From positions 13,209-77,208 of the forward strand of contig CAJGBV010000004.1 in NCBI GenBank assembly GCA_904501755.1: a stretch of DNA of 64,000 nt, in the 5' to 3' direction. Positions 25,489 to 35,034 of this stretch are shown here, piece by piece. Every line of letters begins with the position of its first letter. Position 1 is the stretch's first letter. Below the pieces are notes generated by a model that worked only from the letters and a program-made list of their open reading frames with translations, was not told the DNA's origin and did not search any database. A program made the position numbers and the translations under genes. Source of the stretch: Clostridiaceae bacterium (lineage in GTDB: Bacteria; Bacillota; Clostridia; Oscillospirales; Acutalibacteraceae).

Positions 25489-27039
25489 TTATTTTGCGTA
25501 ATCTACAACTCGGTTTTCACGGATAAGATTTACTTTAATCTGTCCGGGATACTCAAGTTCTTTTTCAATTCTTGCCGCAATATCGTGAGCAACAAGGACC
25601 ATCTGGTCATCACTTATAGCCTCAGGCTTAACAACAATTCGTATTTCGCGTCCAGCCTGAATAGCAAAGGATGTTTCTACACCGCTAAAGGAATTGGCGA
25701 TTTCCTCAAGTTTTTCAAGACGTTTGATGTAATTTTCAATATTTTCTCTTCTTGCACCGGGACGGGCAGCAGAAATAGCATCAGCAGCCTGTACTATGCA
25801 AGCAATAACGGTCTTAGCTTCAATCTCACCATGATGAGCGTGAATCGCATGAACAACACCCTCATTTTCACGATATTTTTTAGCAGCCTCCACACCCAAC
25901 TGAATGTGAGAACCCTCTTGCTCATGGTCAAGAGCCTTACCAATATCGTGAAGCAAACCTGCACGCTTAGCCTGAGCTACATCGGCACCCATTTCAGCAG
26001 CAAGAAGTCCCGAAAGATGACATACCTCCATAGAATGATTAAGCACATTCTGTCCATAGCTGGTACGATACTGAAGCTTACCTAAAAGCTTAATAAGCTC
26101 GGGATGAAGGTTATGTACACCTGCATCTATCATTGCACGTTCACCCACCTGCTTAATAGAAGCCTCTACCTCGGCAGTAGCCTTGGCAACGGTTTCTTCA
26201 ATACGTGCGGGATGAATTCTTCCGTCAAGAATAAGCTTTTCAAGAGTAATTCTTGCAATCTCTCTTCTTACGGGGTCGAAGCTGCTGAGCGTAATAGCCT
26301 CGGGGGTATCGTCGATAATAAGATCAACACCTGTGGCGGTTTCGAGAGCACGGATATTTCTACCCTCTCTACCGATAATTCTACCCTTCATTTCATCGTT
26401 GGGCAGAGCAACAACGGATACTGTCATTTCGGAAGAATGGTCAGCGGCACAGCGCTGAATAGCGTGACCGATGATTTCTCTTGCCATTTTGTCAGCTTCT
26501 TCCTTAGTGTGCTGTTCATTTTCCATAATGCGAACGGCTTTTTCGTGGGCAAGTTCACCATCAAGCATAGACAGCAAATGCTCCTTAGCCTGTTCACTTG
26601 TAAAGCCTGAAATACGCTCTAAAAGTTCCATCTGGCTCTTTTTGATACGTTCGCACTCTTCAAGCTTTTCTTCAATCTCTTTAGCGCGCTTCTGGAGCTT
26701 TTCTTCCTTGATTTCAAGATTATCTATTTTTTTATCAAGGTTTTCTTCCTTTTGCTGAAGTCTGTGCTCCTGACGCTGAATATCACTGCGGCGTTCTCTG
26801 AGTTCCTTGTCATTTTCCTGACGAAGACGAAGAACCTCGTCCTTTGCTTCTACAAGAAGTTCTTTCTTCTTGGTTTCGGCATTTTTGATAGCATCGTTTA
26901 AAATGCGTTTAGCTTCATCCTTTGCGGAGCCGATGGCTTTATCATCAGACTTACGTCTGTATGACATACCTACAAAAAAGCCGATAAAAGCCAGTACCAA
27001 TGCAACGGCGCCGCCGATGATGTAAGGCAAATAAGGCAT
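25489..27039 (-). CDS. rny: Ribonuclease Y
   Basis: I moved the start to ATG 27039 (GGAGG upstream). It has an N-terminal TM helix, a coiled coil rich in E, K and R, a KH domain and an HD domain (HSMEV...LLHDIGK). Confidence 0.95.
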   Translation of the reverse strand: MPYLPYIIGGAVALVLAFIGFFVGMSYRRKSDDKAIGSAKDEAKRILNDAIKNAETKKKELLVEAKDEVLRLRQENDKELRERRSDIQRQEHRLQQKEENLDKKIDNLEIKEEKLQKRAKEIEEKLEECERIKKSQMELLERISGFTSEQAKEHLLSMLDGELAHEKAVRIMENEQHTKEEADKMAREIIGHAIQRCAADHSSEMTVSVVALPNDEMKGRIIGREGRNIRALETATGVDLIIDDTPEAITLSSFDPVRREIARITLEKLILDGRIHPARIEETVAKATAEVEASIKQVGERAMIDAGVHNLHPELIKLLGKLQYRTSYGQNVLNHSMEVCHLSGLLAAEMGADVAQAKRAGLLHDIGKALDHEQEGSHIQLGVEAAKKYRENEGVVHAIHAHHGEIEAKTVIACIVQAADAISAARPGARRENIENYIKRLEKLEEIANSFSGVETSFAIQAGREIRIVVKPEAISDDQMVLVAHDIAARIEKELEYPGQIKVNLIRENRVVDYAK

Positions 27040-27245
27040 ATTTAATTTCCTCCTATATATTAAAATGCGTTTTATCAGAGTAAAGACTCTCCGAGGCCGC
27101 ATTTTACCCCGGTATAAAGTCAATGGCTATCAGTGTGCCTCGCCAAACGCATACTTTATCACCATTGTAACCTACTGTGTATTATTTTATCACCATTTGT
27201 TTTTTGTGTCAAGTTTATCCCGCATTTTTTACATGTTTTTAATCA

Positions 27246-27279
27246 CAAAAAACAGCAGCCTGTGATAACAAGGCTGCTG
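27246..27279 (-). terminator. Intrinsic terminator after the cohesin-like anchor gene
   Basis: The minus strand carries hairpin CAGCAGCCT / AGGCTGCTG followed by TTTTTT. Confidence 0.8.
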
Positions 27280-27288
27280 CATCCGATT

Positions 27289-28764
27289 TTACTCTTCTTC
27301 CTCGGGAGTATCCGAACTCATTTCAATTGTATATCCTTCTTCAATAATCTCATCATTTATCTTTTTGCGTGAGCAAAGCTTTATTATTATAAGAACAATA
27401 AGAGCAATTACACCAAGTGCAAAAATTACAGTTAGCACAACCGCAGTAAGACGGATGGGTTCTGTAACCACAGAAGCTTCTTCCTCTTCAGTACCGATAA
27501 CACCACTGATAAATTCAGAGTATCTCTGCATAGTATTTTCCTTGAAATCATAACGGTAATAGCCTTCACCGCCGTTTGTTGCAACGGCTGACACTACAAT
27601 GAAATCAGCATATTCATTTGAAGTGTATTTAAAGCAAGGAATCTTTACTCCGTTAAGCTCACATGTAGATTTATAAAATCCATTTGGTGAAACTGTAGAG
27701 TCCTCTTTTATTATATAAGTTACCTCTGCACACTCAATATAGCTAAATTTTGTAAAGTTATCGTTTTCAAGAAGATAAAAGCCTTCTTCGCTTTCATCCT
27801 TAGCTTTCAGATAAACTATTGTGATTTTGCCTGTTGCATCAATATAAGCAGCAATTTCTTCTTCGCCATACTGTACCGAAGACAGACTAAAGCCTTTGGG
27901 AATGCTAACCGATGCAATGTCCTGAACAATTACAAATTCCTTTTGGTCGATAACAACACCTGCAGCGTCCTCCTGACCCACAGTAATGTCATTTCCGTTT
28001 TCATCAAGACGATTAAAGGTTACATTGTAACGTCTTGTTTCACCATTAGATGCCACTACAACAATAGTTCGCTTATTAAGTCCTACCTTTAGCTCTCTGT
28101 CCCCTTCAACACTTACCTTTGCACTTTTATCAAGTGTAACACAGGTAAGCAGTCCGTCGGTCTGTGTATAGGGCACTACTACGGTATATTCGGTTATATT
28201 CTCCTTAAAGGCAGGGGTCAGGGTACCTGCGGCAACCTTAATTGATTTAAGTGCCGCCTTGGTGTTTGAATTTGTATCCTGTTCAGTGGTATCGTTATTT
28301 GTCTGTGTACCCGATATTTTTATGGTATAGGAGGAAGGGTCAACAGTATATTCATTTGTGCCGTCTGAGCATTTACCACTAAGACTCACAAGTGCGTTAC
28401 CCTCTGCAATTACCTTAAAGGTGTATTCCTCGGAAAAACGGTCGCTGTTTCCTGTAGTAAGAAAGCCTATAGAGCCTTCTTTTGCATTGGAGGTAAAATC
28501 ACCGCCTGCAGACACATACTGAAGCTTTGAACTATCATATTTAAGTGTTCCCTCTATTGCCTGCATTTTTGTATCAATAACAAAGGTAACTGTTACTGTA
28601 ACAGTGCTGTCCACCTTGGGAGTTTTATTGGTAAGACCGATTGATGACTTAGCTGATACTGCACTGACATTCACACAAAAAGCCGACAGCATAACTACAG
28701 TCACTGCAAGTAAAACACAAACCGATTTACAGATTCTTTTAAACATAATGGGCACTCCTATCAC
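27289..28764 (-). CDS. Membrane-anchored surface protein: signal peptide, cohesin-like module, cadherin-like beta-sandwich, C-terminal TM anchor
   Basis: The cohesin-like pattern is VTVTVTF...AIEGTLKYDSSKLQYVSAGGD...IGFLTTG...YTFKVIAEG. The cadherin-like segment is LKSIKVAAGTLTPAFKENITEYTVVV...RRYNVTFNR. The hydrophobic helix LTAVVLTVIFALGVIALIVLIII lies near the C-terminus. Confidence 0.6.
   Translation of the reverse strand: MIGVPIMFKRICKSVCVLLAVTVVMLSAFCVNVSAVSAKSSIGLTNKTPKVDSTVTVTVTFVIDTKMQAIEGTLKYDSSKLQYVSAGGDFTSNAKEGSIGFLTTGNSDRFSEEYTFKVIAEGNALVSLSGKCSDGTNEYTVDPSSYTIKISGTQTNNDTTEQDTNSNTKAALKSIKVAAGTLTPAFKENITEYTVVVPYTQTDGLLTCVTLDKSAKVSVEGDRELKVGLNKRTIVVVASNGETRRYNVTFNRLDENGNDITVGQEDAAGVVIDQKEFVIVQDIASVSIPKGFSLSSVQYGEEEIAAYIDATGKITIVYLKAKDESEEGFYLLENDNFTKFSYIECAEVTYIIKEDSTVSPNGFYKSTCELNGVKIPCFKYTSNEYADFIVVSAVATNGGEGYYRYDFKENTMQRYSEFISGVIGTEEEEASVVTEPIRLTAVVLTVIFALGVIALIVLIIIKLCSRKKINDEIIEEGYTIEMSSDTPEEEE
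28315..28674 (-). repeat. Paralogous coding module (cohesin-like), copy 1
   Basis: A hand alignment shows about 26 mismatches in 120 aligned residues against the module encoded at 37637..37996. Nucleotide similarity is visible by eye. Confidence 0.8.
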
Positions 28765-30959
28765 TCATCTAATTTTAAATAAATTCGTTGCATTCTCGCT
28801 ATATCCACAAGTGAGGTTTTTGAGTCACCGTTAAGGTCAGCCGCCTTTAAAACTGCACTATTTGTAATGGTGTTCATACCCAAAAGATGCCTCTGCAAAG
28901 CCGCAATATCAACAAGAGAAAATTTGCCATCACGGTTAATATCACATTCCACCACCGCAGTATATGTATATCTTACTTCCCCTGCAGAGTCAAGAATTTC
29001 AATAACATCACCTGTTCTTATCATGTCTTCTGAGTCAACCACTCTGACACTTCCACCCTTAACATCAAGGTTTGTCTTAAAAACATCGTTATTTGTTGAA
29101 GGCTTAATACCCTTTATAAAGGTGGACTCAATGCTATATACAGCCCCATTTATAACAGGATTTGGTATTTCCTCTTCATATTCCTCTCTGAAAACAGATA
29201 CGGTATAGGTGTTTTTAAGACCGCTACTGCTGGTTACGGTTATATTTATATCGTTATAGCCTTCCTTAAGCGAAATTTTTCCGCCACCCTCTACGGTTGA
29301 ATCATTTGCCGAAGCAACGGGAGTAACAACAATTTCCTTTACCTCACCTGCAACGATAAGCTCATAATTATTTGTGTATCTGTCAAAGGTAGGTGAATAG
29401 CTATAGCCATTAAGTGAAATATCAGAAAGATAACAGTCATTATTGCCTTCCTTGGTTGGATAAGGACACGGTTCTTCAGGCATATTCTGATATACCGGAA
29501 TATTAAATACAAGCGCACTGTTCATAATAGCCGCATAGCCATTTGCGGTTTTTCCCGCTTCACTTGCCGCTCCCTGTATATTGGTCATATACTGATGTTT
29601 AAAATAAGGCGTTGACACTACATTAAACTTTTTATAGTACAATGTATCCTGTCCTCTGCTCACATAGCCGTCAGCATAGTATTTTGCACCGCCAAGTATT
29701 GACTTCGCTCTGGTATTCCAAGGGCGATAATAGGTAGCATCAGTTCCCTTTGCATATAGCAAACCGTACTGAATAGCGTTATAGCCACCTGAGGCATAGG
29801 CACGGATATTATAGAAATTATAATATCCCTCATATTCGGGGTAATTTCCCGAAATACTGTTGCCCTGCCCATTAACACCCTGCTCTATGGTTATCATAGA
29901 AGCAAGAGCAATGGGGCTTACCCCTGACAGTTGTGCTGCCTCCATAAGTACATCGGAGTAGGTATCATAGGTATCCTCTGGGAAAGACCCTTCCATAAAA
30001 GTGCCGTCAAGAGCTGACTGAAGATTCGCCTTTGTATTTATCTCGGGATAATATTTCATAGTGATAAACTGAAATATTCCTGTAGCTGTAAGAAAGTTTC
30101 GAGGGTCTAAATAGTAAGCTACAACATTATCAGCCGCCGCAACCCAACCGCCGCTGTCATATTCATGCCAAGTATCTGACAACCAGTCATAATCACCCTC
30201 CTGGAGCGATTTCCAGGACTGACTTGCAGTGCCGTGAATGGTAGAAACACCACCGGATGTCTGACCTGCCAGTGCTTCATCCCAGCTAATAGGTACCTCA
30301 TCCGATAAAAAAATCCAATTCGGATAAAGTGTATGAAGCTGACGAAGCTTTTCTTTATAGCTTTCGGGGAAATTCTGAGCTTCAAGCTGTTCCTCAAAGC
30401 TTAAATCCTCTTTGTATTCGGGAATAAGCTTAATATAATCACTGTGCATATATCCTGTAACGGTTTCGCCGTTAAGTATAAAGCGGATATGATACCACAG
30501 CTTACCGTTAGAGGCATATTCAGAACCGATAGCGGTGACATTTGTTCCCGCCGCAAGTTCGGTAATAATTGTATTATTAGTGCCCGGTGCACTTCTAACA
30601 CGAACGGCAGTATCTGCCACAACCGTTGCGTCGCATACATTATCACTACCTGTAACGGTAACATAATTTGCACTTACATAGCCATCAATATTTCCTGACG
30701 AAGTATATGCCGTCAGCTTATACCAACGAGTACCGCTTGAATCAAAAGCTACACCTGTTACAAGCACAGGGGTATTAAGTGCAAGCTTTCCAAGGCTATC
30801 ATTAGATGTTCCCGCGCCCGTTCTTATATTAACATTACTGCCGTTTATATATCCGTGACGGTTTGAAAGTCCTGTTGCAAACATACCCGACACAAGACAG
30901 GCAGAGCAAAGTATAGCAAAAGCAAGTATAACGCTTATAACCTTTTGGGTGATTTTCAT
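28761..30959 (-). CDS. Dockerin-bearing peptidoglycan hydrolase: SH3b repeats, glucosaminidase domain, cadherin-like domain, type I dockerin
   Basis: It has SH3b-like repeats (GYINGSNVNIRTGAGT...WYKL, found twice) and a LytD-like glucosaminidase region (GVSPIALASMITIEQG...YNFYNI...). The dockerin F-hand repeats are DINRDGKFSLVDIAALQRHL and DLNGDSKTSLVDIARMQRIYL. Confidence 0.75.
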   Translation of the reverse strand: MKITQKVISVILAFAILCSACLVSGMFATGLSNRHGYINGSNVNIRTGAGTSNDSLGKLALNTPVLVTGVAFDSSGTRWYKLTAYTSSGNIDGYVSANYVTVTGSDNVCDATVVADTAVRVRSAPGTNNTIITELAAGTNVTAIGSEYASNGKLWYHIRFILNGETVTGYMHSDYIKLIPEYKEDLSFEEQLEAQNFPESYKEKLRQLHTLYPNWIFLSDEVPISWDEALAGQTSGGVSTIHGTASQSWKSLQEGDYDWLSDTWHEYDSGGWVAAADNVVAYYLDPRNFLTATGIFQFITMKYYPEINTKANLQSALDGTFMEGSFPEDTYDTYSDVLMEAAQLSGVSPIALASMITIEQGVNGQGNSISGNYPEYEGYYNFYNIRAYASGGYNAIQYGLLYAKGTDATYYRPWNTRAKSILGGAKYYADGYVSRGQDTLYYKKFNVVSTPYFKHQYMTNIQGAASEAGKTANGYAAIMNSALVFNIPVYQNMPEEPCPYPTKEGNNDCYLSDISLNGYSYSPTFDRYTNNYELIVAGEVKEIVVTPVASANDSTVEGGGKISLKEGYNDINITVTSSSGLKNTYTVSVFREEYEEEIPNPVINGAVYSIESTFIKGIKPSTNNDVFKTNLDVKGGSVRVVDSEDMIRTGDVIEILDSAGEVRYTYTAVVECDINRDGKFSLVDIAALQRHLLGMNTITNSAVLKAADLNGDSKTSLVDIARMQRIYLKLDE

Positions 30960-30999
30960 ACCTTAGTCCTTTCGACATAATTTCCCATATTATGCTTTT

Positions 31000-31028
31000 A
31001 TTATATATTTTTATAAAGGTTTTGTCAA
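31000..31028 (-). promoter_or_regulatory. Consensus sigma-A promoter of the hydrolase/anchor operon
   Basis: The minus strand reads TTGACA (31028-31023), a 17-nt spacer, then TATAAT (31005-31000). Confidence 0.7.
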
Positions 31029-31081
31029 TAAGTCCAAACACAAAATATATATGCAAAATACTTCCAATATACAATATGTAT

Positions 31082-31109
31082 AAAAAAACGACTGAAAATT
31101 TCAGTCGTT
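31082..31109 (-). terminator. Intrinsic terminator overlapping the P-type ATPase stop codon
   Basis: The minus strand carries hairpin ACGACTGA / TCAGTCGT followed by a T-run. Confidence 0.65.
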
Positions 31110-32945
31110 TCTTATACTCATTGTTCTCATAGCATTAAGAATAGCAAAAAAAGCCACTCCCACATCGGCAAATACCGCACCTAACATTCCCGATATACCA
31201 AACGCTCCCAGCACAAGAAAAACAATTTTAACCAGAAGCGAAAAAGCTATATTCTGTGAAGCTATGCCACAGGTCTTTTTAGCTATTTTCACAGCAAGAG
31301 CCAGTTTTTCGGGGTTATCGTCCATCAGCACAACATCTGCTGCCTCAATTGCCGCATCACTGCCTAAAGCACCCATAGCTATACCTACATCAGCCCTCAT
31401 TATAACAGGAGCATCGTTTACTCCGTCACCTACAAATACAGCACGTTTACTTCTTTTTATAATTCGCTGAAGCATTACCACCTTATCCTGTGGCAAAAGA
31501 TTTGCACACACGGTATCAATTCCTGATATTTCGGCAATTTTTCTCGCAACCTGCTCTTTATCCCCTGTTAGCATAATCGTTTCCTTAATGCCCAAGTTTT
31601 TAAGTTTTTGTATTGCAGATACCGTTTCATCCTTTATTTCATCTATAAGCAAAATACTTCCTGCATATTCCTTGCCTATAGCTATATGAACCGTTGAAGC
31701 GTCCTTATCTTCACAAAAAATACCTCTGCTGTTCATAAGACGGCTGTTGCCAACGAAAACCTCTCGGTTTTCCACCCTACCGCAGATTCCCTGTCCTGCT
31801 ATTTCCTTTATATCGCTGACAAGAAGTTTTTTATAGTTCTCATCTGCCGCCCTTACTATCGACTGCGCCAGTGGATGATTACTGTACTGTTCTATTGCCG
31901 CACATATACCCAGTAGCACATCGCTATCCATTTTTTCGCTTTTAATTTGGTCGATGATAAAACTGCCTTTAGTAAGAGTACCCGTTTTATCAAAAACAAA
32001 GGTTTTGCATTTAGAAAGGGTTTCCATATATCCCGAGCCTTTTACAAGTATACCCTTTGAGGAAGCCGCACCGATACCGCCAAAAAAGGAAAGGGGCACC
32101 GATATTACCAGAGCACAGGGACAGGATATAACAAGAAATACAAAAGCACGGCGAACCCATTCATAAGGATTATCGGTAAAAAACTGAGGAACAGTGGCTA
32201 TAAGAAAAGCCGCCGCCATAACAGCGGGGGTATAATACCGTGCGAATTTGGATATAAATTTTTCACTTTTAGTTTTATTTGCCGAAGCATTTTCTACCAA
32301 ATCAAGAATTTTTGACACAGAAGACTCTTCAAAGGGTTTTATCACCCTTATCCTTATTGCTCCGCTTAAATTAACACATCCTGCCAGCACAGTGTCCCCT
32401 ATCCTTACATCTACAGGTAAAGCTTCTCCAGTCATAGAAGAGGTATCAACCGAGCTTACACCGCTTATAACTTCTCCGTCAAGGGCAATTTTCTCACCGG
32501 GAAGCACCTCAATAATTTCACCAAATAAAACCGTACTTGCGTCAACTATTTTTATTTCGTCCCTTATTACACGGGCAGTATCGGGACGTATATCCATAAG
32601 AGCCGCAATATTTTTTCGACTTTTTCCCACAGCATAAGACTGAAAAAGTTCGCCTACCTGATAAAAAAGCATTACTGCCACACTTTCGGTATATTCCCCT
32701 AAAAAAACAGCGCCTACCGAAGCTATGGTCATAAGCAGATTTTCATTAGCAAATCTTCGGTATCTAAGACCTACAACCGCCTTGGTTATAACATCATATC
32801 CTATGGTAATATACGCAGTGAGATACAGTGCCGCCACAATAGTTTCGTTTATATCTCTTACCGTTTTATCAAGCACAACAGCAAAGACTAATACAGCGAA
32901 GGCGAAAATAATGCGGTAAAGCATCCTTTTTTGCTTTTTTGTCAT
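31101..32945 (-). CDS. Heavy-metal translocating P1B-type ATPase (Cd/Zn-type) lacking a fused metal-binding domain
   Basis: It has the CPC motif (SCPCALVIS), DKTGTLT and GDGVNDAP. The N-terminus goes straight into TM segments. Confidence 0.85.
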   Translation of the reverse strand: MTKKQKRMLYRIIFAFAVLVFAVVLDKTVRDINETIVAALYLTAYITIGYDVITKAVVGLRYRRFANENLLMTIASVGAVFLGEYTESVAVMLFYQVGELFQSYAVGKSRKNIAALMDIRPDTARVIRDEIKIVDASTVLFGEIIEVLPGEKIALDGEVISGVSSVDTSSMTGEALPVDVRIGDTVLAGCVNLSGAIRIRVIKPFEESSVSKILDLVENASANKTKSEKFISKFARYYTPAVMAAAFLIATVPQFFTDNPYEWVRRAFVFLVISCPCALVISVPLSFFGGIGAASSKGILVKGSGYMETLSKCKTFVFDKTGTLTKGSFIIDQIKSEKMDSDVLLGICAAIEQYSNHPLAQSIVRAADENYKKLLVSDIKEIAGQGICGRVENREVFVGNSRLMNSRGIFCEDKDASTVHIAIGKEYAGSILLIDEIKDETVSAIQKLKNLGIKETIMLTGDKEQVARKIAEISGIDTVCANLLPQDKVVMLQRIIKRSKRAVFVGDGVNDAPVIMRADVGIAMGALGSDAAIEAADVVLMDDNPEKLALAVKIAKKTCGIASQNIAFSLLVKIVFLVLGAFGISGMLGAVFADVGVAFFAILNAMRTMSIRND

Positions 32946-33163
32946 TAATCCACTACCACACAGTCAGGCTCTATTTTTTTAATAACAGCCTTTACCTCTT
33001 TCATAATATCATAAAATTTATTATCGTCTGCCTCAACAGTCAGTTTCTGAGCAATAAAATTAACACCCGCAAAGGTCACTCCGTCGATTTTCTTAATTGC
33101 TTCTTCCATTTTTGCCGCACAGTGCGCACAGTCAAGGTCTTCTAACACATAAGTTTTTTTCAT
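32945..33163 (-). CDS. Stand-alone heavy-metal-associated (HMA) domain protein
   Basis: It is 72 aa with the CxxC motif DCAHCAAKME. Its stop codon overlaps the ATPase start in a TAATG arrangement. Confidence 0.8.
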   Translation of the reverse strand: MKKTYVLEDLDCAHCAAKMEEAIKKIDGVTFAGVNFIAQKLTVEADDNKFYDIMKEVKAVIKKIEPDCVVVD

Positions 33164-33173
33164 AATTTTTCTC

Positions 33174-33527
33174 CTATTCTTCGATATGCTCCATACCGTT
33201 ATTAATAATTGTAGTTACGTGATTATCAGCAAGGCTATAGAAAACAGTTTTTCCCTCCCGTCTGAATTTAACAAGACGAGCCTGTTTAAGTATTTTAAGC
33301 TGATGGGATATTGCCGAAATAGTCATACCGAGAAGTCCCGCAATATCGCATACACACATTTCTTCTATACTAAGAACATAAAGTATTTTTATGCGGGTAG
33401 AATCTCCGAACACTTTATAAAGGTCAGCCAGTGCATAAAGTTTTTCTTCTTCAGGCATTAACGCCCGAACTTCATTCACAACGCTTTCGTGAACGTGTAT
33501 AAACTCACAGGAAGGTATATCCGCCAC
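33174..33527 (-). CDS. ArsR/SmtB family metalloregulator (CadC-like)
   Basis: It has the CVCD metal-site motif and a winged-helix segment ISHQLKILKQARLV. It sits at the head of the metal efflux operon. Confidence 0.85.
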   Translation of the reverse strand: MADIPSCEFIHVHESVVNEVRALMPEEEKLYALADLYKVFGDSTRIKILYVLSIEEMCVCDIAGLLGMTISAISHQLKILKQARLVKFRREGKTVFYSLADNHVTTIINNGMEHIEE

Positions 33528-33547
33528 TCAACCTCTCTCCTTTCATC

Positions 33548-33567
33548 ATTTGAATGACTGTTCAAGT
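33548..33567. promoter_or_regulatory. Candidate ArsR-family operator ATTTGAA-TGACTG-TTCAAGT
   Basis: It is an imperfect inverted repeat 21 nt upstream of the regulator start codon. Confidence 0.45.
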
Positions 33568-33640
33568 GTCGAACTATTATAGCATATTTGTCGGTTTATG
33601 TCAACTTAGCCACAGCAAAAAATACTTGTTCCAAAATCTG

Positions 33641-33654
33641 ATTCAAGTTTGAAT
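33641..33654. promoter_or_regulatory. Second palindrome ATTCAA-GT-TTGAAT in the divergent intergenic region
   Basis: It is a perfect 6-2-6 inverted repeat that shares the TTGAA/TTCAA half-sites of the first site. Confidence 0.35.
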
Positions 33655-33671
33655 GCTTTGGCTATTTTTAA

Positions 33672-33700
33672 TTGATTTAATAAGGGATAAGTGTTATACT
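33672..33700 (+). promoter_or_regulatory. Sigma-A promoter of the MFS-GDPD operon
   Basis: TTGATT, a 17-nt spacer ending in TGT, then TATACT. Confidence 0.55.
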
Positions 33701-33730
33701 ATCATTGTATAAAAAAACAAGAGGTGCGAT

Positions 33731-35032
33731 ATGAAGCTTAATTACAAAAGAACTATACTTATTGGTCTGTCCTTTATGTCTATACTTGCCTTCTGGCAGT
33801 TTTATGACCAGGTTATCCCCTATCTTTTGGAATCAACATTTTCTCTTAATACCTTTTCGGCAAATGCTATTATGTCTATTGACAACGTGCTTGCTATTTT
33901 TATGCTCCCACTGTTTGGAGCAATATCTGACAAAACCAGAACTCCTCTTGGAAAACGAACTCCATATATATTATTCGGTACTATAGCATCCTGTGTCCTG
34001 CTTATAGTTCTGGGTGTTTTCCATCAGAAAGTAAGCTTCTGGGGCTTCTTTATAACCCTTATGGCACTTCTTGTCACTATGGCTGTTTACAGAACTCCTG
34101 CCGTTGCTTACATGCCTGATGTTACCGAAAAACCTCTCAGAAGTAAAGCTAACGCCATTATTAATCTTGTGGGTTATTTGGGCGGAATTTTCTCCACAGT
34201 TGTTATGATGTTTATGCTAAAAAGCGAGAAAAACGCACAGGGAGAAAGTGTTTACAGCTCAGACCAATCCTTTATGCCGGTATTCATTGTTATATCCGCA
34301 TTTATGCTCATAACGGTTCTTATAATGGTGTTTACAACTAATGAAAACAAGCTTTTAAAAGAAACAAATATAAAAGATGAGGAAACAGAAGATATAAACA
34401 AGGGCAAAAAGATGCCAAAAAGCGTACTCAAAAGCCTTATTTTTATTTTAATGTCGGTATTCTTCTGGTTTATGTCCTATAACTCGGTTACCACCGCTTT
34501 TTCAAGATACTGTGTAAACATATGGGGTGTTGATCTTGGCACCTCTTCGAGCTATTTGCTTACCGCTACGGTTGCCGCAATTATTGCCTTTGTTCCTCTG
34601 GGTTTTCTTTCCTCAAAGGTGGGCAGAAAAAGCACAATTCTTATAGGCGTATTTCTTATGACCGCCTGTCTTTTTGCCGCAATATTCATAACCCGTCAGA
34701 CCCCTGTTATGTATCTGATTTTAGGTCTTATCGGTATTGCCTGGGCGGCAATAAATGTAAACTCCTTCCCAATGGTTGTGGAAATGAGCAGCGGTGCAGA
34801 CGTAGGCAAATACACCGGCATTTACTATACCTTCTCTATGGCAGCTCAGATAACTACTCCCCTGCTTTCAGGTTTTATTATTGATAATTTAGGTCTTGGT
34901 TACAGAGCGCTTTTCCCCTATGCAGTAATATTCGCCGCCCTTTCCTTTGTTACTATGCTGTTTGTAAAACACGGCGACTCAAAGCCCTTACCTAAAAAAG
35001 ATTTGCTTGAAAGCTTTGATACAGAGGACTGA
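33731..35032 (+). CDS. MFS transporter
   Basis: It is a 433-aa polytopic protein, 2 nt upstream of the phosphodiesterase gene. Confidence 0.7.
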   Translation: MKLNYKRTILIGLSFMSILAFWQFYDQVIPYLLESTFSLNTFSANAIMSIDNVLAIFMLPLFGAISDKTRTPLGKRTPYILFGTIASCVLLIVLGVFHQKVSFWGFFITLMALLVTMAVYRTPAVAYMPDVTEKPLRSKANAIINLVGYLGGIFSTVVMMFMLKSEKNAQGESVYSSDQSFMPVFIVISAFMLITVLIMVFTTNENKLLKETNIKDEETEDINKGKKMPKSVLKSLIFILMSVFFWFMSYNSVTTAFSRYCVNIWGVDLGTSSSYLLTATVAAIIAFVPLGFLSSKVGRKSTILIGVFLMTACLFAAIFITRQTPVMYLILGLIGIAWAAINVNSFPMVVEMSSGADVGKYTGIYYTFSMAAQITTPLLSGFIIDNLGLGYRALFPYAVIFAALSFVTMLFVKHGDSKPLPKKDLLESFDTED

Positions 35033-35034
35033 TA

